Both the position numbers and the translations under genes were made by a program. From positions 620,001 through 684,000 of the forward strand of contig RSEE01000002.1 of the NCBI GenBank assembly GCA_003971905.1: DNA of 64,000 nucleotides, in the 5' to 3' direction. Positions 26,869-39,476 of this stretch are shown in pieces. The DNA comes from Moniliella sp. 'wahieum'. Its lineage: Eukaryota. The notes beneath the pieces were generated by a model. The model was not told the origin of the DNA. It ran no database searches and saw only the letters and a program-made list of their open reading frames with translations. Each line of letters begins with the position of its first letter. The stretch's first letter is position 1.

Positions 26869-26960
26869 TGACTTCGCCCGGGATCGAACCGAGGACCTTA
26901 TCCGTTAACTTGGGCACTTGGCCAGTGTTAAGGATACGTGATAACCAACACCACGATGCC
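26869..26960 (-). tRNA. tRNA-Val(AAC) with 21-nt intron
   Basis: Minus strand GGCATCG TGGTGTTGGTTATCAC G TATCC TT AAC A [ctggccaagtgcccaagttaa] C GGATA AGGTC CTCGG TTCGATC CCGGG CGAAGTC A, followed by a T5 Pol III terminator. Confidence 0.9.
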
Positions 26961-27214
26961 GCTTGCTCTGGTATGCGTGCATGTGCACACACACATGGGA
27001 ATGATATTGAAATTGAAAGTTGCTTCATGCCTATGCACGGGAATTGACAGTAGGGTTACCTAATAGAGCTCGCGTCTCGGATGTTGGTTGGCTTGTTGGG
27101 GCTAGTAGGGTTGGTGGTGGGTTGGGTGTTGATCTTGGGCATTGAATATTGACCCCCCACCACCCCCACCACCACCACCACACCACCACCAGCTCTGCTC
27201 CTTTGTCTCCTCCG

Positions 27215-27940
27215 ATGGCCCAAGCCCAGGCAACTGCTGCGCCCACCCGATCGCACCTGACCCTCGCTGGGAGCGTGGGCATGGTGCACGAGTTCTTCTC
27301 CTATGCGCTCCAGAGCATTCTGTACCAACGTGAGCTCTACCCGCCCGAAGACTTCCGCACCGTCAAAAAGTATGGACTGCAGATCCTCGTCGCTGCTGAC
27401 GAAGAACTGGCCACCTACGTTGCTGCGTCCATGGAGCAGATTCACACCTGGCTCATGGCGGGGCAAGTGGACCGGTTGGTGATTGCCATTTGGACGTTGA
27501 TTCGGGCGAGGTGCGAGAACGATGGCAGTTCTCTGTCTCGGTTGTCGAACCTGCAGCGCAAGAAGGTGCGCAGGCCCCCCCGTCCAAAAAGAAGACCGAT
27601 GCGGATGTACGCGCTGAAATCGCAGCAATCATCAAGCAGATCACGGCTAGCTGCACCTTCCTCCCTTTGCTCGATGGAGATTGTACGTCCCTGTTCCCTC
27701 TCTACTGTGCCTGGTGCCTGGGCTGCTACCGAACCACAAAACTGACCTCCTCCAGGCTCGTTCCAAATTCAAGCTTACACCAACGCCGATGCACCTGTGC
27801 CCGAGGAATGGGTCATTTCCGCCCCTCAACTGATCGATGCCAACCGCGCAGAGCAGGTACGACTACGGTCCTTCTCCACCGCGGTGCACAAAGTCGATGC
27901 CATGGTCGCCTACCGTCGTGATGAAGGAGAAGACGAATGA
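27215..27940 (+). CDS. MAD2: Spindle checkpoint HORMA protein Mad2; intron 27683-27755; one frameshift near 27490
   Basis: LTLAGSVGMVHEFFSYALQSILYQRELYPPEDFRTVKKYGL...ERWQF...EIAAIIKQITASCTFLP...EQVRLRSFSTAVHKVDAMVAYR. Confidence 0.96.
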
Positions 27941-28019
27941 AGCGTTCGTTGGAAGCACCAGCTACGATCCTATGTACCCTACCGTTTCTAGCATCCCTGG
28001 TGCATGTAGATGGAATTTT

Positions 28020-29357
28020 TTAAGGAGTGGGGAGAGAGCCTACGCTCTCGGGAGATGTGGAGCGGGCCCGCTGGGAGAGGAGAGAGGCGAGGTGCTCCAA
28101 CGCGGCCGGAGTGTTGCTTTCGATCGTAGCTGCCAGTTCGTCCAGGCAGGGTGAGAGCGCGGCCAGCGGACCGGGTACAAGTCCAGCGACAGTTGGTTGT
28201 ACGCCTCCTTTGTCCTGACGTTGGACTTGGTCCCGCGGGAGGTGAGACCAGGGAGGTATTTGGCATGGAACAGTGCTTGGGCCGCAGCGAGACCATGGTG
28301 GTGGTACACGGCGCCCATCAGCGCTTCCACTGCCACACCACGGATACGCCAGAACGAAATAGGTCGCACGTGCGCCAATCGTCTGAGGGCGGTAGGCCCA
28401 GCCAGGAAGGAAAGGACCGGTAGGAAGGGGGATACCATCCGGACTGCCGTGTTTGCGCACTTGAGCCTCATAGCCTCGACGACGGGATAAGTGTCCTGCA
28501 TGATCTGCGCCATGCTGGGAGTGACTCTCTTGGGGGACCAGCGAAGGATTCCTCCAGGTGCAAGTGCTCTCCCACCGAGCCACCGAGATGAAGGGTGTTG
28601 AGTAGCACATCGTACGTCGCGACGGAGGCGGTGCGGCCGCCCCGCGCTTCTCAGAGACTACTTGCCAGGTGGAAAGAAAGGCTCTCGTTGGGTTCGTAAA
28701 ACAGCTGCGACACGTGCTCCCGTTCTTGCAATGCCGCCTCGTTCACCCCGGCAGGCAAGTGGGAATGGAAGAACATGGCCATCAACATCTTGAGCACCTT
28801 GCGTCCCACAAACGACAAGCGGCGGTTGTGCCCAGCAAAACTTGTACCGTACTTCCACGATTCATGGGTAATCGCCTGGGCAGCCAGGACAGGCGGGAGC
28901 GGCAGACCGACTGTCTTTTCCACTGCAGCCAGCATGTCCTCGGTGGTAGCGTGAGGAGTGATACGGGGCACCATAGGCAAGGGTTTGCGCTTCAGACCCA
29001 AATCCTTCAACAGCCCCGGTTCTTTCTCCGCCCCCGTGCCAACTCCAAACGCACAGCCAAGCGACGACTGGATCGCAGCGCTGCTGGGTCCAGGTCGTGC
29101 GCTTCAAAGTCCATGCCGGTGCTGGCGGGGCCGGAGGGCCGAGGCATGGGGGGCGGCAAGTCGAGGGGAGCAGGGCCGAGGGGAGCCACCTCGGGCCGAG
29201 GCGGCAGTTCCGCCCGGACAGGGACAGACGCTTGGTCCGAGAAGGAGCGGACGAGGCGCTGGGGACGAGGCTGGGCCAGGGCCAGGCGCAAGGGCAGGTC
29301 CAATGGCCTCCCGGGCAGGCGCGGGCTCAGCGCCAGCACTCGCATCGAGTGCATCAT
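28020..29357 (-). CDS. MRPL15: Mitochondrial ribosomal protein mL57/MRPL15-like (RNase III-like domain); frameshifted, 3' end approximate
   Basis: Arg-rich presequence-like N-terminus (RLALAQPRPQRLVRSFS), then QAITHESW...GHNRRLSFVGRKVL and AVEALMGAVYHHHG..AAQ. The RNase III signature lacks the acidic catalytic residues of NERLEFLGD. Confidence 0.7.
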
Positions 29358-29621
29358 GGTAGCACACACTGGAAGAAAGTAGGCCAGGCTGCGTCGGAAG
29401 ACCAGCGGGGCGGAACAAGGGCGGAACGCCCCGCGCCCGCCAACGGCGAGTGGCTTGCCACTGCCCCCGTGCGCCGTCTTTGCCTGGGTTTTGGGTCTTC
29501 TTTTTTCCGGTTTTTTGACGCGGGTGGCTCCTAGTCGGGCGGGCGCGGGGGGGAGGGGATAATGCTAATGGCGCACAGGAGCCGGGCCTCTGCGACCACC
29601 ACGGCCCTCGTCACGTCCCAA

Positions 29622-30523
29622 ATGGCCGCGGTTGCTCCTCCCCCACGCCCTGCACCGTACGTTTCTCGGTTGTGTTTGCTTCGCGGACACCATCTGACCT
29701 TTACGGATGTACCAGTGCCGTTGACAATTGAAGATGGCCACGTGAAAGTTCTCGAGGAGCACGATGATCGATGAACCCGGTGGTGTAAGATCACCGTCTC
29801 CCTCCAGCTTGACCCCGGCACGGGCAAAAAGATCAAGATGACCAAGCGTGTGCGCCGCACCCGGTGCGTTCCCAAGTCTCCTCGGCCGCTATGACTCGGC
29901 AAGCCTGGGCGTCCCACAAGTTTGGCAAGGAGCAGGGCTGCTCCTCCGCTGGCCTGGCGGTCGGGCACAACACCACCACCGTCGCTGAAAACACGCCACT
30001 TAAGCTTCATGCTGGAGGGGCTTTCCCGCTACTGCCGTGGCGACCACTTTATCACCGCTGTCCATACAAGGACACGTTTGCCTCCACCGTTGGCGACGGG
30101 CTGGATGACGCACCAGACAACCCAGCACTCAACGATCCTTCCAACCCTGCTGTGGGCTAGTGCGGGCGCACGCACGGGGCGCTACGTTCCTCCTGGCCAG
30201 CGGGACGGGGCTGGCTCCGCTTTGGTCCTACCTCGATGGGCGATCGCGCGACGAACTGCCAACGCTGCGTGTGGCCAACCTTCGGAAGAAGTGGAGGAGG
30301 ACAATTTGCGGCAACTCTTTGGTCGCTATGGACGGGTTACCGGGTGTTTGTCGGGCGGGATCGCGAGATGGGCCGGGGCAAAGGGTTCGCGTTTGTGTCG
30401 TTTCACTTGTTTGCGGATGCGGACCAAGCACGGCAAAAGGTGGATGGGTTTTGGGTATGTCAACCTTATTCTTCGGTCAAGTGGTGCCAACCGCGTGGGG
30501 AGCAACCGGCACCGGCCTCGTAA
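29622..30523 (+). CDS. TIF35: Translation initiation factor eIF3 subunit g, divergent; intron 29657-29715; frameshifted
   Basis: GKKIKMTKRVRR, W..KFGKE, TTTVAEN..LKL, CRGDHF...CPYKD, RYVPP, RDELPTLRVANL.E, VFVGRDREMGRGKGFAFVSF (RRM), DGFGYVNLIL.VKW. Confidence 0.85.
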
Positions 30524-31023
30524 CTTGCATCCCACCATGCTTCTCTCCCTTTTGTGACTACCTGGACCTCACCCTCATCGAGTTGAAACGTACGTATAGC
30601 TATATGCGGGATAAACATGACGATATGCGGGCGAGCGACATGTCCCCGCGTTACGACGCATATCATGCCCTTCCCTTTCTCTTCCTTTCCCGCTTCCCGA
30701 CGTTTGGAGGATGCATTGAAGCTGGTGTGAAAAGGTTTATGAGCATTCTCGCCTACTGCTGTCACACCCACACCATGATTTTGATACCTCTTGCTTCGTG
30801 AACACGCCACTGTACATTAGCTCTTCGTGCGGTAGGGCTGGTAGATGCGGCGACATGGCCGGGGGGAGAAGACAGCTAGCTACAACATGTTTTTCTTGCT
30901 TGCCACCCACAAAAAGTTTTCGTGCTACACACCTTTGAGCAACCACAACAGCTAACGCGCTGGCCATCCGCATCAGTGATGCAGAATGCCGACTCTGGCA
31001 AGCTGAGCTTGACAACGTCTTAA

Positions 31024-31632
31024 TCAATTTAATCCAGCGCCATCGCAGCATGATGGTCCAGGCCGATGTCCACCCCCCCCTCTCGCGGCCGAGGAAAGCA
31101 ACCAAATCGTCATCTGTACCTCAGCCAGAGCACGGAGAGCTTGATCTTCGGGATCGAGAGCGAACTCGTCGTCGCTCCCACCACATGTCGGATGGAGGCT
31201 CCTCTGTGTCCGTACCCATCTCCATGTCAATGTCAATGTCACGGTCGGGTCGAGCGCATACGCTTGTGCCGCCGCTGCCTCTCCCCTTCGTGCAAGGAGA
31301 GCTTCAGCGTGCCAGATGGCATGGGCAAATTCGAGGTCCTCCGTTATGTCGCCTTCTTCCTCCAGGTCCTCTCGAAGGGCGCGACATCTTGGTTTGGGGG
31401 GGGCGTAAGACAATTTGGGAGCAGTGGGACGGGAAGGAGGAAGAGCGCGAGGAGCACGACGAGCAGAGAGGCAACGGGCTCTCGAGCTGGGGCACGGGGC
31501 GACAGCCGAACTTGCGGCGGCCGTCTGGCGCGCCAAGGCGACGGCTTGGCATCGAGCGCTGAGAATGTCCTGCTCGTGGATGGCAATGCGGGCCTGGTGG
31601 GCTGCTATCGAGGCGGCGGTGCCGACGGACAT
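31024..31632 (-). CDS. Hypothetical protein
   Basis: ORF with helical/acidic content (ALREDLEEEGDITEDLEFAHAIWHAE), divergent from the 31949 gene. No family recognised. Confidence 0.3.
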   Translation of the reverse strand: MSVGTAASIAAHQARIAIHEQDILSARCQAVALARQTAAASSAVAPCPSSRARCLSARRAPRALPPSRPTAPKLSYAPPKPRCRALREDLEEEGDITEDLEFAHAIWHAEALLARRGEAAAAQAYALDPTVTLTLTWRWVRTQRSLHPTCGGSDDEFALDPEDQALRALAEVQMTIWLLSSAARGGGGHRPGPSCCDGAGLN

Positions 31633-31877
31633 GTGGGAGCGGTGGGATGAAGGAGGGGGGATGGGCGATGGGTGCGACGGCCGGGTGCGGTTTTGATAGG
31701 CGTGGCCCATCGCAGCCCCCCGCGGCTGGCCAGACACGCCGCGTCTGCAACATTTCAGGTCGCGACGCGTCGGCGGCTGCTATCAAAGACCGACCGGACA
31801 TCGGAACTGGGCATCCATCCCACCTGGTGGGCCACCCGCCCTGCTCGCCCGCCGGCCATTCCAGCATCCAACCATCC

Positions 31878-31948
31878 CCACCACCACCACCACCACCACC
31901 ACCACCACCACCCACCACCACCACACCACCACCACCACCACCACCGCC
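31878..31948. repeat. (CAC)n trinucleotide repeat ending at an ATG
   Basis: Long caccac run read directly. Confidence 0.85.
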
Positions 31949-34824
31949 ATGGCCGAGCCGAGAAGCGTCCTCGCCTGCAAGCATCCGGTACGCCCTGCCC
32001 CGCATCCTTCCTCTTCTTCCGCTCACTCGCCCGCCCCTCAGTCAATGTCTACTACACCCTCGACGGCGCATCCCACGCCGTGGCCGTCCGCCTGGCGCAG
32101 CGTATCGAGGTGCGCGTGTTTGGCGCGCGCACAGGTGCGAATGCCACACGCTTTGCCCGCGTCCCGTTGCAACCATAGCCGCCATCTGCGATGCTGATCC
32201 GCGTCTTCTTCCCAGTGGCGAGAGCGACTGGGTGGTCAAGGCTCTTCAACCTGCCCATACCCTGCGCCAGCGGCGCGCCGCCCTCCTCGAACTCCCTCCG
32301 CCCCGTCCCCTGCCCAACTTGCATCCAACCCTCTTCTCGCGCTTCTACCAAGTCCCGCGGTTCGGCAGCAGGACAAATCGTGTCCCACCACTCCGCCGCC
32401 CGGCATGCCCCCCCCCACCCCCCGCACCCCCTCAGGCCCTTCCCCACGCCCGTCCAAGGGCATCTTTGATGCCTGTGGTCTGTTGAGCGTCGCACTAGAG
32501 AATTCTTCAGGTCCCATGTGACGGGAGTCATACGCCCTGTACATGAAGGAGAGGGAAGCGATATCGAGTCCGACGAGTCGACACAGAGGGATCTCCCCTC
32601 CACCCATTCTCCCCATCTGCCGACTCATTCCATGTCCAAACGAGGCAATCTAGGCCTTCCGAACGGGAAGGGAGCACGCCCACTTCCTCCTCCGTCACTC
32701 CTCATAAAGAACGCTGGGCCTTGGATATTGTTCTTCGGCTCGAGCGCTCGGACCTTAACCCTGCTGCTTTGCGCAGGCGGAACGAAGCTCTGACTCGTGC
32801 CCGAGAAAAGTCCCTCCCTCCCTCTTCTCATCGAATGGGAAGAGAAAAACGATCCTGTTCCCTTCCTCGACTTGGACGGACGCTCGGATGAGGAGCACGA
32901 CGATGATGCATTGAGCATGCCTTCTGCTCCCTCCATCATTTCCTCTCCACTTTCACACCTCTCTCACCTGCTGATGAGTTGCACTCCCGCTCCTCGCCTC
33001 TTCGACCTGACGTCCCGCCTACAGCTGCGGCCCAACTACTCGCCCAGCTGGATCACTGCAGCACACTCGGACGGTGGCCAGGCCCTCTCTGGGTTAGCTC
33101 GTCTCCTTTTTCAAACCCTCCACGGATCGGGAGTACCGGTGAACTACTCTCCGCTTTGAGGGGAGGAACGTTCAATTCTTCAGCTACATCCTCATCCGTC
33201 GCCCCTGCTCCATCTTCATCGCCTTCGTCATCACAAGAGTGGACCGGCTTCCCCCCCACGGCAGAGGAGAGAGCGCGCCGTGGTGCGGTTCACTGTGTTT
33301 ATTGCGGCCGTCTCGATCCCGGAGTGGGTGCAATGTGGCAGAAAGTCGCACTCCCCTCTATCCCACTTGAGCTGGAGCAAACCAAAATCTACATGGCTCA
33401 GTTCCCTCCACATCTTGGCCTCAGTTCCATGGTGCCAATGTGGAGATGGGATCTACACGGCTTGCCAGCGCTGTGGAGGCGCATACAACGTCTGGGTCGA
33501 AGCTGGGCGACCCCCTCCTCCGCCTCCTCAATCACAGCCTCCAACTCACAATCAACCTTCACGTCAGCTCCGACCTCTCCCCAACGCCTTTCCAGACCAA
33601 ATACCCCGCTCGGCCAGCAGAACGAAACTCCCGCGCGGTCTGGCTTCTTCCCCCCCCCGGAAAAAAAGCGCACGTCGACGCTAGCGCGACTTGGGGATCA
33701 AATCCCGCGCGCCTTAACCTCCCCGCCCTCGCCACGCCGCAGCCCCGACACAAACCCCCCGGTACACACAGCCGTATCAATCCCTTTTCCTCCCAGGGCA
33801 GAAAATCATCTCCGGCTGCCTGGCTGCTTGATGACGAGCCGGCGAAATGACTCTCACCCGGGGACCGAGATCCACTCCGGCAGAGAAGCCTCCCCACTCA
33901 CTGAGAGAAGAGGCGGGCGACCAGACACTTCGGCCCAATCAGGATACTACGTCCGCCCCGCGAGTGAGCCGGAAAGAACAAGAATGGCCCACCCACCGAG
34001 GCATCGGAGCCTGTAAAGACTCCAGTGGGGCCTTTTATGGGCTGTGCGGGCTCGCCGCTCACGCCCTGCGGTCCTACCAACTGGCTCGCATCGTCCCCGG
34101 ACCATGTTGGCGTCCATATGGAACCTGTCTCCGGGAAAAGCGCGTGCACCCCTGCCTGCGCAAGTGGAGGATGCACCTTCTTCGGCCCACGCTTCTCCCG
34201 TAACCTGGATCGACACCCTTCCCCCCAAGGCGAGTTTAACCCCGAAGACTGGAACCTGCTCGCATCCTGCTTTCCCCAGGGCGAGCTTCAATGGACACAC
34301 TCCAACCCCGAATGCGACGGACGCTGCCGTTCCTGCCCCCGACCGTCAACAGGAACGACCGAGGTACCGCTCGGCTCGACGGAACTGGCCCAGCTGGCCC
34401 GTTGGCTCGAAAACCAAGGCGCGGCTTCGGTCCCGATGGGCACGAGCGAGAGTAGTTCGGCGCAACAGGTTCCGATTAACGTGTCGGTTCCCACCCCCGA
34501 CCCGGCCGGCTCTCAACCGGAGCCCGAGCCCGTTCCCACCTCCTCCCCAGCCAGACCAAAGGGAAACGCAGTGTGCGACGACCAAAGCACCCGAGTTCCC
34601 CAAACGACGACCGAGTAAGCGCAAGCGTACGTCTCCCGTTACATCGACCGCGTCCGCTGCGCTGCGTCTGCGCCTGCGCCCGTGCATTTGGACGCTCCCA
34701 CTGCTGCTACTGCTGCAAGTGCTGGGTCGAGACTGCACCAGAAGTCAACGCCTCGCTCATTTCTATGTTGGCCAATGCCAATATGCAGAACCTCATCCTC
34801 AATTGGGCCGAGGGACATACTTAG
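31949..34824 (+). CDS. Putative Ams2/Spt21-like protein with GATA-like C4 zinc finger; intron about 31988-32041; frameshifted
   Basis: N-terminal VNVYYTLDG...AVRL...FARVPL...AICDADP.LL recalls the Ams2/Spt21 N-terminal domain. CVYCG (33294-33308) and, after a frame change, ACQRCGGAYN (33460-33489) resemble GATA half-fingers. The remainder is S/P-rich. Confidence 0.45.
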
Positions 34825-35552
34825 CTGCCCTGATCATCCCGATCACCTACCCTACGCTCTTTTCCTCTGTCCTCTGATGGTGGGGCTGCATATGTTCCAA
34901 CCTCTCCACTCTTTTTTTCTTTTCCTTTGGCCTTGGTGTATTAGCTCTCCCCGTCGGTACTTATTTATCTTACCGGTTACCCCCCGCAACGCGTACGCGT
35001 ACCGCGTAACGTGTACCACGTACTCCTCCAAGACGTAATAGTTGCTTCGATCTTGACGCTTTGTTCCCATTGCATGAGCGCATGAGCGCATGAGCGCATG
35101 CCTTCATCCGGCAGCCATGTTCTCTCCTCCCTCCGTGTCGTCTTGCGCAAGGCAAACCATCTTCCGTCGTCCCCCAGTTACTAGTTATGCCCATGGAGCG
35201 GGTTCTGTCCCCCTTGGCGCTCGTCAGTCATGCGTGCCATTACTCATTTTCAGACCCCTACGAATCTGACTTTACAGTACTATAGTGCGACACTATGCGG
35301 GCGTGAGGTGTGGAGGATTAGTGCGTATTACCGTGGGCTGATGGTGGTGACGACAGGGGAGGAACACACTGCACACACGACAGTATACAGTTTGGTTCGC
35401 CTCTGCTCGCCATAGTTGGCTACCAAATAACCAAAAATAAAAAGCCTGGTACGAACCAACCCAGCCATATGCAAACGGTTTGTTTGTACTTTGTACATGC
35501 AAGACACCCGTTACAAAAGAGCGAATTATCCTGGGGAGGGTAGCGTGTCGGC

Positions 35553-38500
35553 CTAGCAACCGCCGGGGAAGGACCACGGCGCTCCGGGGGTTGGATGCAC
35601 CCCGTGGTGCCCAGCGGCTTGAAGCGCACCCGGCTTGGCAGCCCAAGGATGCCCTGGTCGCGGTGGGTGGTGGTGCGGATCGGGACGGTGCTCCATGCGC
35701 ATGGACAGGTCGTGCGCGTAGCCTCGTCCGCCCGGAGAGTGGGTCAGGGGTTTGATCACTTTAAGTTGACCGCGTTGGGGCTGCTCGGGGTTGACCCAGT
35801 ACGTGATGCGAGACAACTTTTTCGGCGCAAAGATACCTTCTTCCTCGGCCTGCGGACGCGACGGTTTCTGTTCCGCGCGTAGCAGCGCAAACTTCTTGTT
35901 GACCAAGGCCAAGTACCAGAACATGAGGTTGGTAATCGTCACTTGTTCTGCCAGCGGCCGACGCGCGTCAGCCAACTTAAAGTGACTCAGACGGTAAATC
36001 GCCCGCTCCATATTGACGGGGAACCGTTGGATCTTGACTTTCTTCTTGGGCGTGTGAAGGAGAAGGTGTTTTTCTTCTTTCCCAAATAGCGCTCCTAGGA
36101 CTTTGGTCCCCTTGCTCGGTTCTTCGTCCCGCTTGCCAAACCAGCCTGTGAAGCCACGCTTCTCCTTCTCCTTCTCCTTTTCTTTGTCTTTGTCTTTCTC
36201 CTTGTCCTTGTCCTTGTCCTTCTCCTGGCCACGGGGGAAGCGGACGAGGGGGCAGCTGCATAGGCGACTGGGACGAGACGTGCACACCTTGCCCCGTGAC
36301 AGGCTGGACTGTGGCAAGCTGACCTGGCGCTCGGGGAGTGAGGCCGTTTGAACATGGTGGGGAACTGGAGCATGGCCCGACCGTGGAGCGAAGAAGATGA
36401 GCCCGTGGTGTGAGTCCACTGTGCGCAGCAGGGGGCCCGCGACCCGGCGCAGGAGCGGGCACCTGAGTCGACTGAGCCCGAAGGGGGGCAGACATCGGGG
36501 CGTGGACGGGAGCAGGCGACTGGGCTGACTGAGCCCGAAGGGGGCAGGCATCGGGCCATAGGCAGCGGCAGGGACCGGTGCGTGGACGGGGGCAGGGATC
36601 GGTGGGTGGAGGGGGCAGGCATCGGTGCGTGGACGGAGTAGGCGACTGGGTCGACTGAGCTGACTGAGTCCGAAGGGGGCAGGCATCGGGGCGTGGACGG
36701 GAACAGGCGACTGGGCCCGGATGGGGGCGGATGGGTGGGTCTGGGAAGGGTAAGGATGGGACTGCTGGGACTGCTGGGACGGGGCCCAGGGTGTTGAAGG
36801 GTAGCCCGCGCGGACTTTGCGCATTGAAGGGGACGGCGCATGCCGCGCCCCGCCTGGGCCCGGTTGGCTTGGCACGGACGTCCCCTGAACAACCGGGGAT
36901 TGAATAGCCGGGGACTGAGCAGCGGGGGGCTGGACAGCCGGGGACGGAGGAGGCAAAGGGCGAGCGGAAGGCGGGGGCGGGGCGTGCACGTAGGGTCAGG
37001 ACGGGAGAAAGTGTGGATGCTAGCATTGGCTTTTGATGTCGCTGAGCACGGGGACCAGCGACGGGCAACGAGCGGACCGAGGGGTGGGAGACGCTTGTGG
37101 CCCATCTTGCGCGCGAGGAGGCTGTGCGTAAGCCTGGTTTAGCGGTACGAGGGAATGAGTGGACTGGAGGGAACGGAGGTAGTCACCCCTCGCGTGGGGT
37201 GTGCACAGCAGGCATTCCCTGCTGTTGGGCCTTGTGCATTTGAGCAAGGTAGGCCGGTGGAAGGTCTGGCTGCACCGCACCGTGCCCGGATCGAGGCCCA
37301 GTTTCCAGCCCGCAATGAACCGGCCACGTCCTCCTGTCGGTTCTGCTTTGGGTTGGTTGGGGAGACGGAGACAGGTGCGGTCGGCTAGGGGCAGAAGGGC
37401 GTTTGATTCCGAGGGGGCGATGGGTCGGCATATGGCATCAAAGATCATATCATATGACTGACTGACCCCTCCAGCAGTCTTCTCCAGCAGATCGTCCATG
37501 TCCAGATCGCATAGGCAGCGTCCGTGCTGGGGAGGCGTGGGTGGTATAGGAACAGTGCCTCGTTCTTCAAGGGAAGCGGGTTGCTCCGGGCGGAAGGATC
37601 CCGTCTCGGAACGAAGAAGGCTTTGTCCGAGAAGGAAGAGGATCACTGCGAGATGAATGTCCCAATTCTCTTGATGAAGGGGCTCGAACTCCATCCAAAG
37701 AGGGAACAGATGATGGTACATCTTTCCTGGAACCGGGACGTTTCAACCTGCTGCCTTTGGCGTAGGGATACGAGCGGCGCATCTCCCTTATTCGATCGCT
37801 TCAGGCATCGCATCAACGACGTCCATAGCTGTACAGTCCAAGTTAATACCATCTCCCAAACAAAGGCAAACAGAACCTACCTGCGTTACACGCATGCTCA
37901 ACGTCGACCCAGGGCCGCCTGAGCGCATCGGGATCATCCCACTCGGGGCTAAAGGATTCCCCATTTCAGCCAAGGTAGGCGCCGACTGGGGGTTTTGGGT
38001 GTGGCAGCCGGCTCGCTGGGCTCGGGATCGTCGCTGGCCGAGACTTGGTCGGCGAAGTGTGGCGCGGCGATTGAGCGGTTGCAGCACAGCCGAAGGCTGC
38101 TGCTGGTGCTGATTAGCCCGCCGAATACTGCGTGCTCTCACGCCCCCAACCCGGCCAGGCAGGGGGATGAAGAGCTTCTTGCTCTGCCTGGGGAGGAGGG
38201 CGGTGTTCTCGGCCACCCTTGTGAGCCTGTGGCCCCGGCGACTTCAGGGTGCATCGAAGCTGGCACCCACCCGGATGCAGCCCTAGGAGGCCGTGGCTTG
38301 CCCGCCCTCATCCGGCGACGAGCTGTGCGACTGTCCTCCGCGTAGGGGGCGGCGGTCGTATGCACAGGAGCTGGAGCTGGGGGGATGGCTGGATGAGGGG
38401 AAGAGGCGGGAGCAAGTGCAGGCGCAGGAGCAACAGGCGGGCAGGGACAGAGACAGGGGCAGGGGCGGGGGCAGGGGCAGGTGTAGGGCAGGGATAGATG

Positions 38501-38555
38501 TCGGGGCAGGGGAGGGTGGCATCGCCAGGGGCATGGTGTGCATGTTGGACAGCAT
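35553..38555 (-). CDS. ZDS1: Zds1-like PP2A-Cdc55 regulator; frameshifted, ends approximate
   Basis: Zds_C domain RFPVNMERAIYRLSHFKLADARRPLAEQVTITNLMFWYLALVN, an upstream WVPASMHPEVA motif (cf. WVPA.LHPE.AP), and KDKEKE and Pro-rich tracts. Confidence 0.85.
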
Positions 38556-39476
38556 GGGTGGGGGTGCGGGTGGCGAGTGGTGGTGGCGTGGCGGAGGGGG
38601 GGGCAAGGCTGCGTCGGACGTGGAGGGCACCGGGGGCGGCGTGGGGACGGGGAAGGAGCAGGGGCTGGGGCTGGGGCAAAGGCGTGGGCGGTGGGGGGTG
38701 TGGCGTGTCTGGGCGAAGGCCTGGGCGGCGGGGCGTAGGCGTGGTTGGTGGTGCCCAGACGGAAGGCGGGGTCGGCGAAGAAGGGCTGGCGTGGACGGGG
38801 GCGGGGGGGCGGACGGGCGGCGTGGGATGGGCTGGCGCGTGTGCGCTCGGCGGCGGCGTGCGGCGGGAGAACATGGGGGAGTGGCGGCGACGATGGGCGC
38901 GCGGGAGGGACGGGCGTCGACGGCGCCCCTGGTGGTAGTCAGCACGGCGGTTAGGAGGAAGAGGGCGGGTTAGGAGGAGGAGGGAGGAGGAGGAGCTCCG
39001 GCCACCATCCACACCACCAGCCTACTAACGCAGAGGGACACTGGCGCGGTGCCTGGCTGGGGCGTCGGTTACGCGCCCGCCGGTGTGGGTGGTGAAATTG
39101 TCAGCTCCAAGCAGCACCCTCCAGACATACCAGCTAGCTCCCTTGTCTTGGCCTCGCCCCCGTCCGTCACGCGTCAGCCCCCTCGTCACACACACACCTC
39201 ACCTCCGCCCGCCCTTCCACATCGTCCATCCATCCCAGCCCCCCCCTCGGCCCTACCTGTCCTAGCGCCTATCCTACATCCACTCCAGCCGCCACCACCA
39301 CACGTCCTGCGGTCCCCTAGGCGCGTGCCATTTTTGTGCTGCTCCGCTGCGCAGCTAGAATCCAGCAGCGTACGCTGCATCCACGCCCCTCCTAGCAAGG
39401 CCAGACCAGGCCCAGATAGCATGTGCCATCCATCCTCCGCACAGCAGGCCACAGGCAGCAAAACACGCTCGTCAGT

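Noticed and set aside
28020..29357. Active RNase III or Dicer-like nuclease
   Set aside because: Catalytic acidic residues of the signature are absent (NRRLSFVGR), and a mitochondrial presequence-like N-terminus fits mL57/MRPL15.
38283..39012. Long G/R/W- or P/R-rich ORFs on both strands, also at 2245-3720, 8303-9559 and 23054-24285
   Set aside because: Shadow ORFs from GC-rich low-complexity DNA or antisense to real genes.
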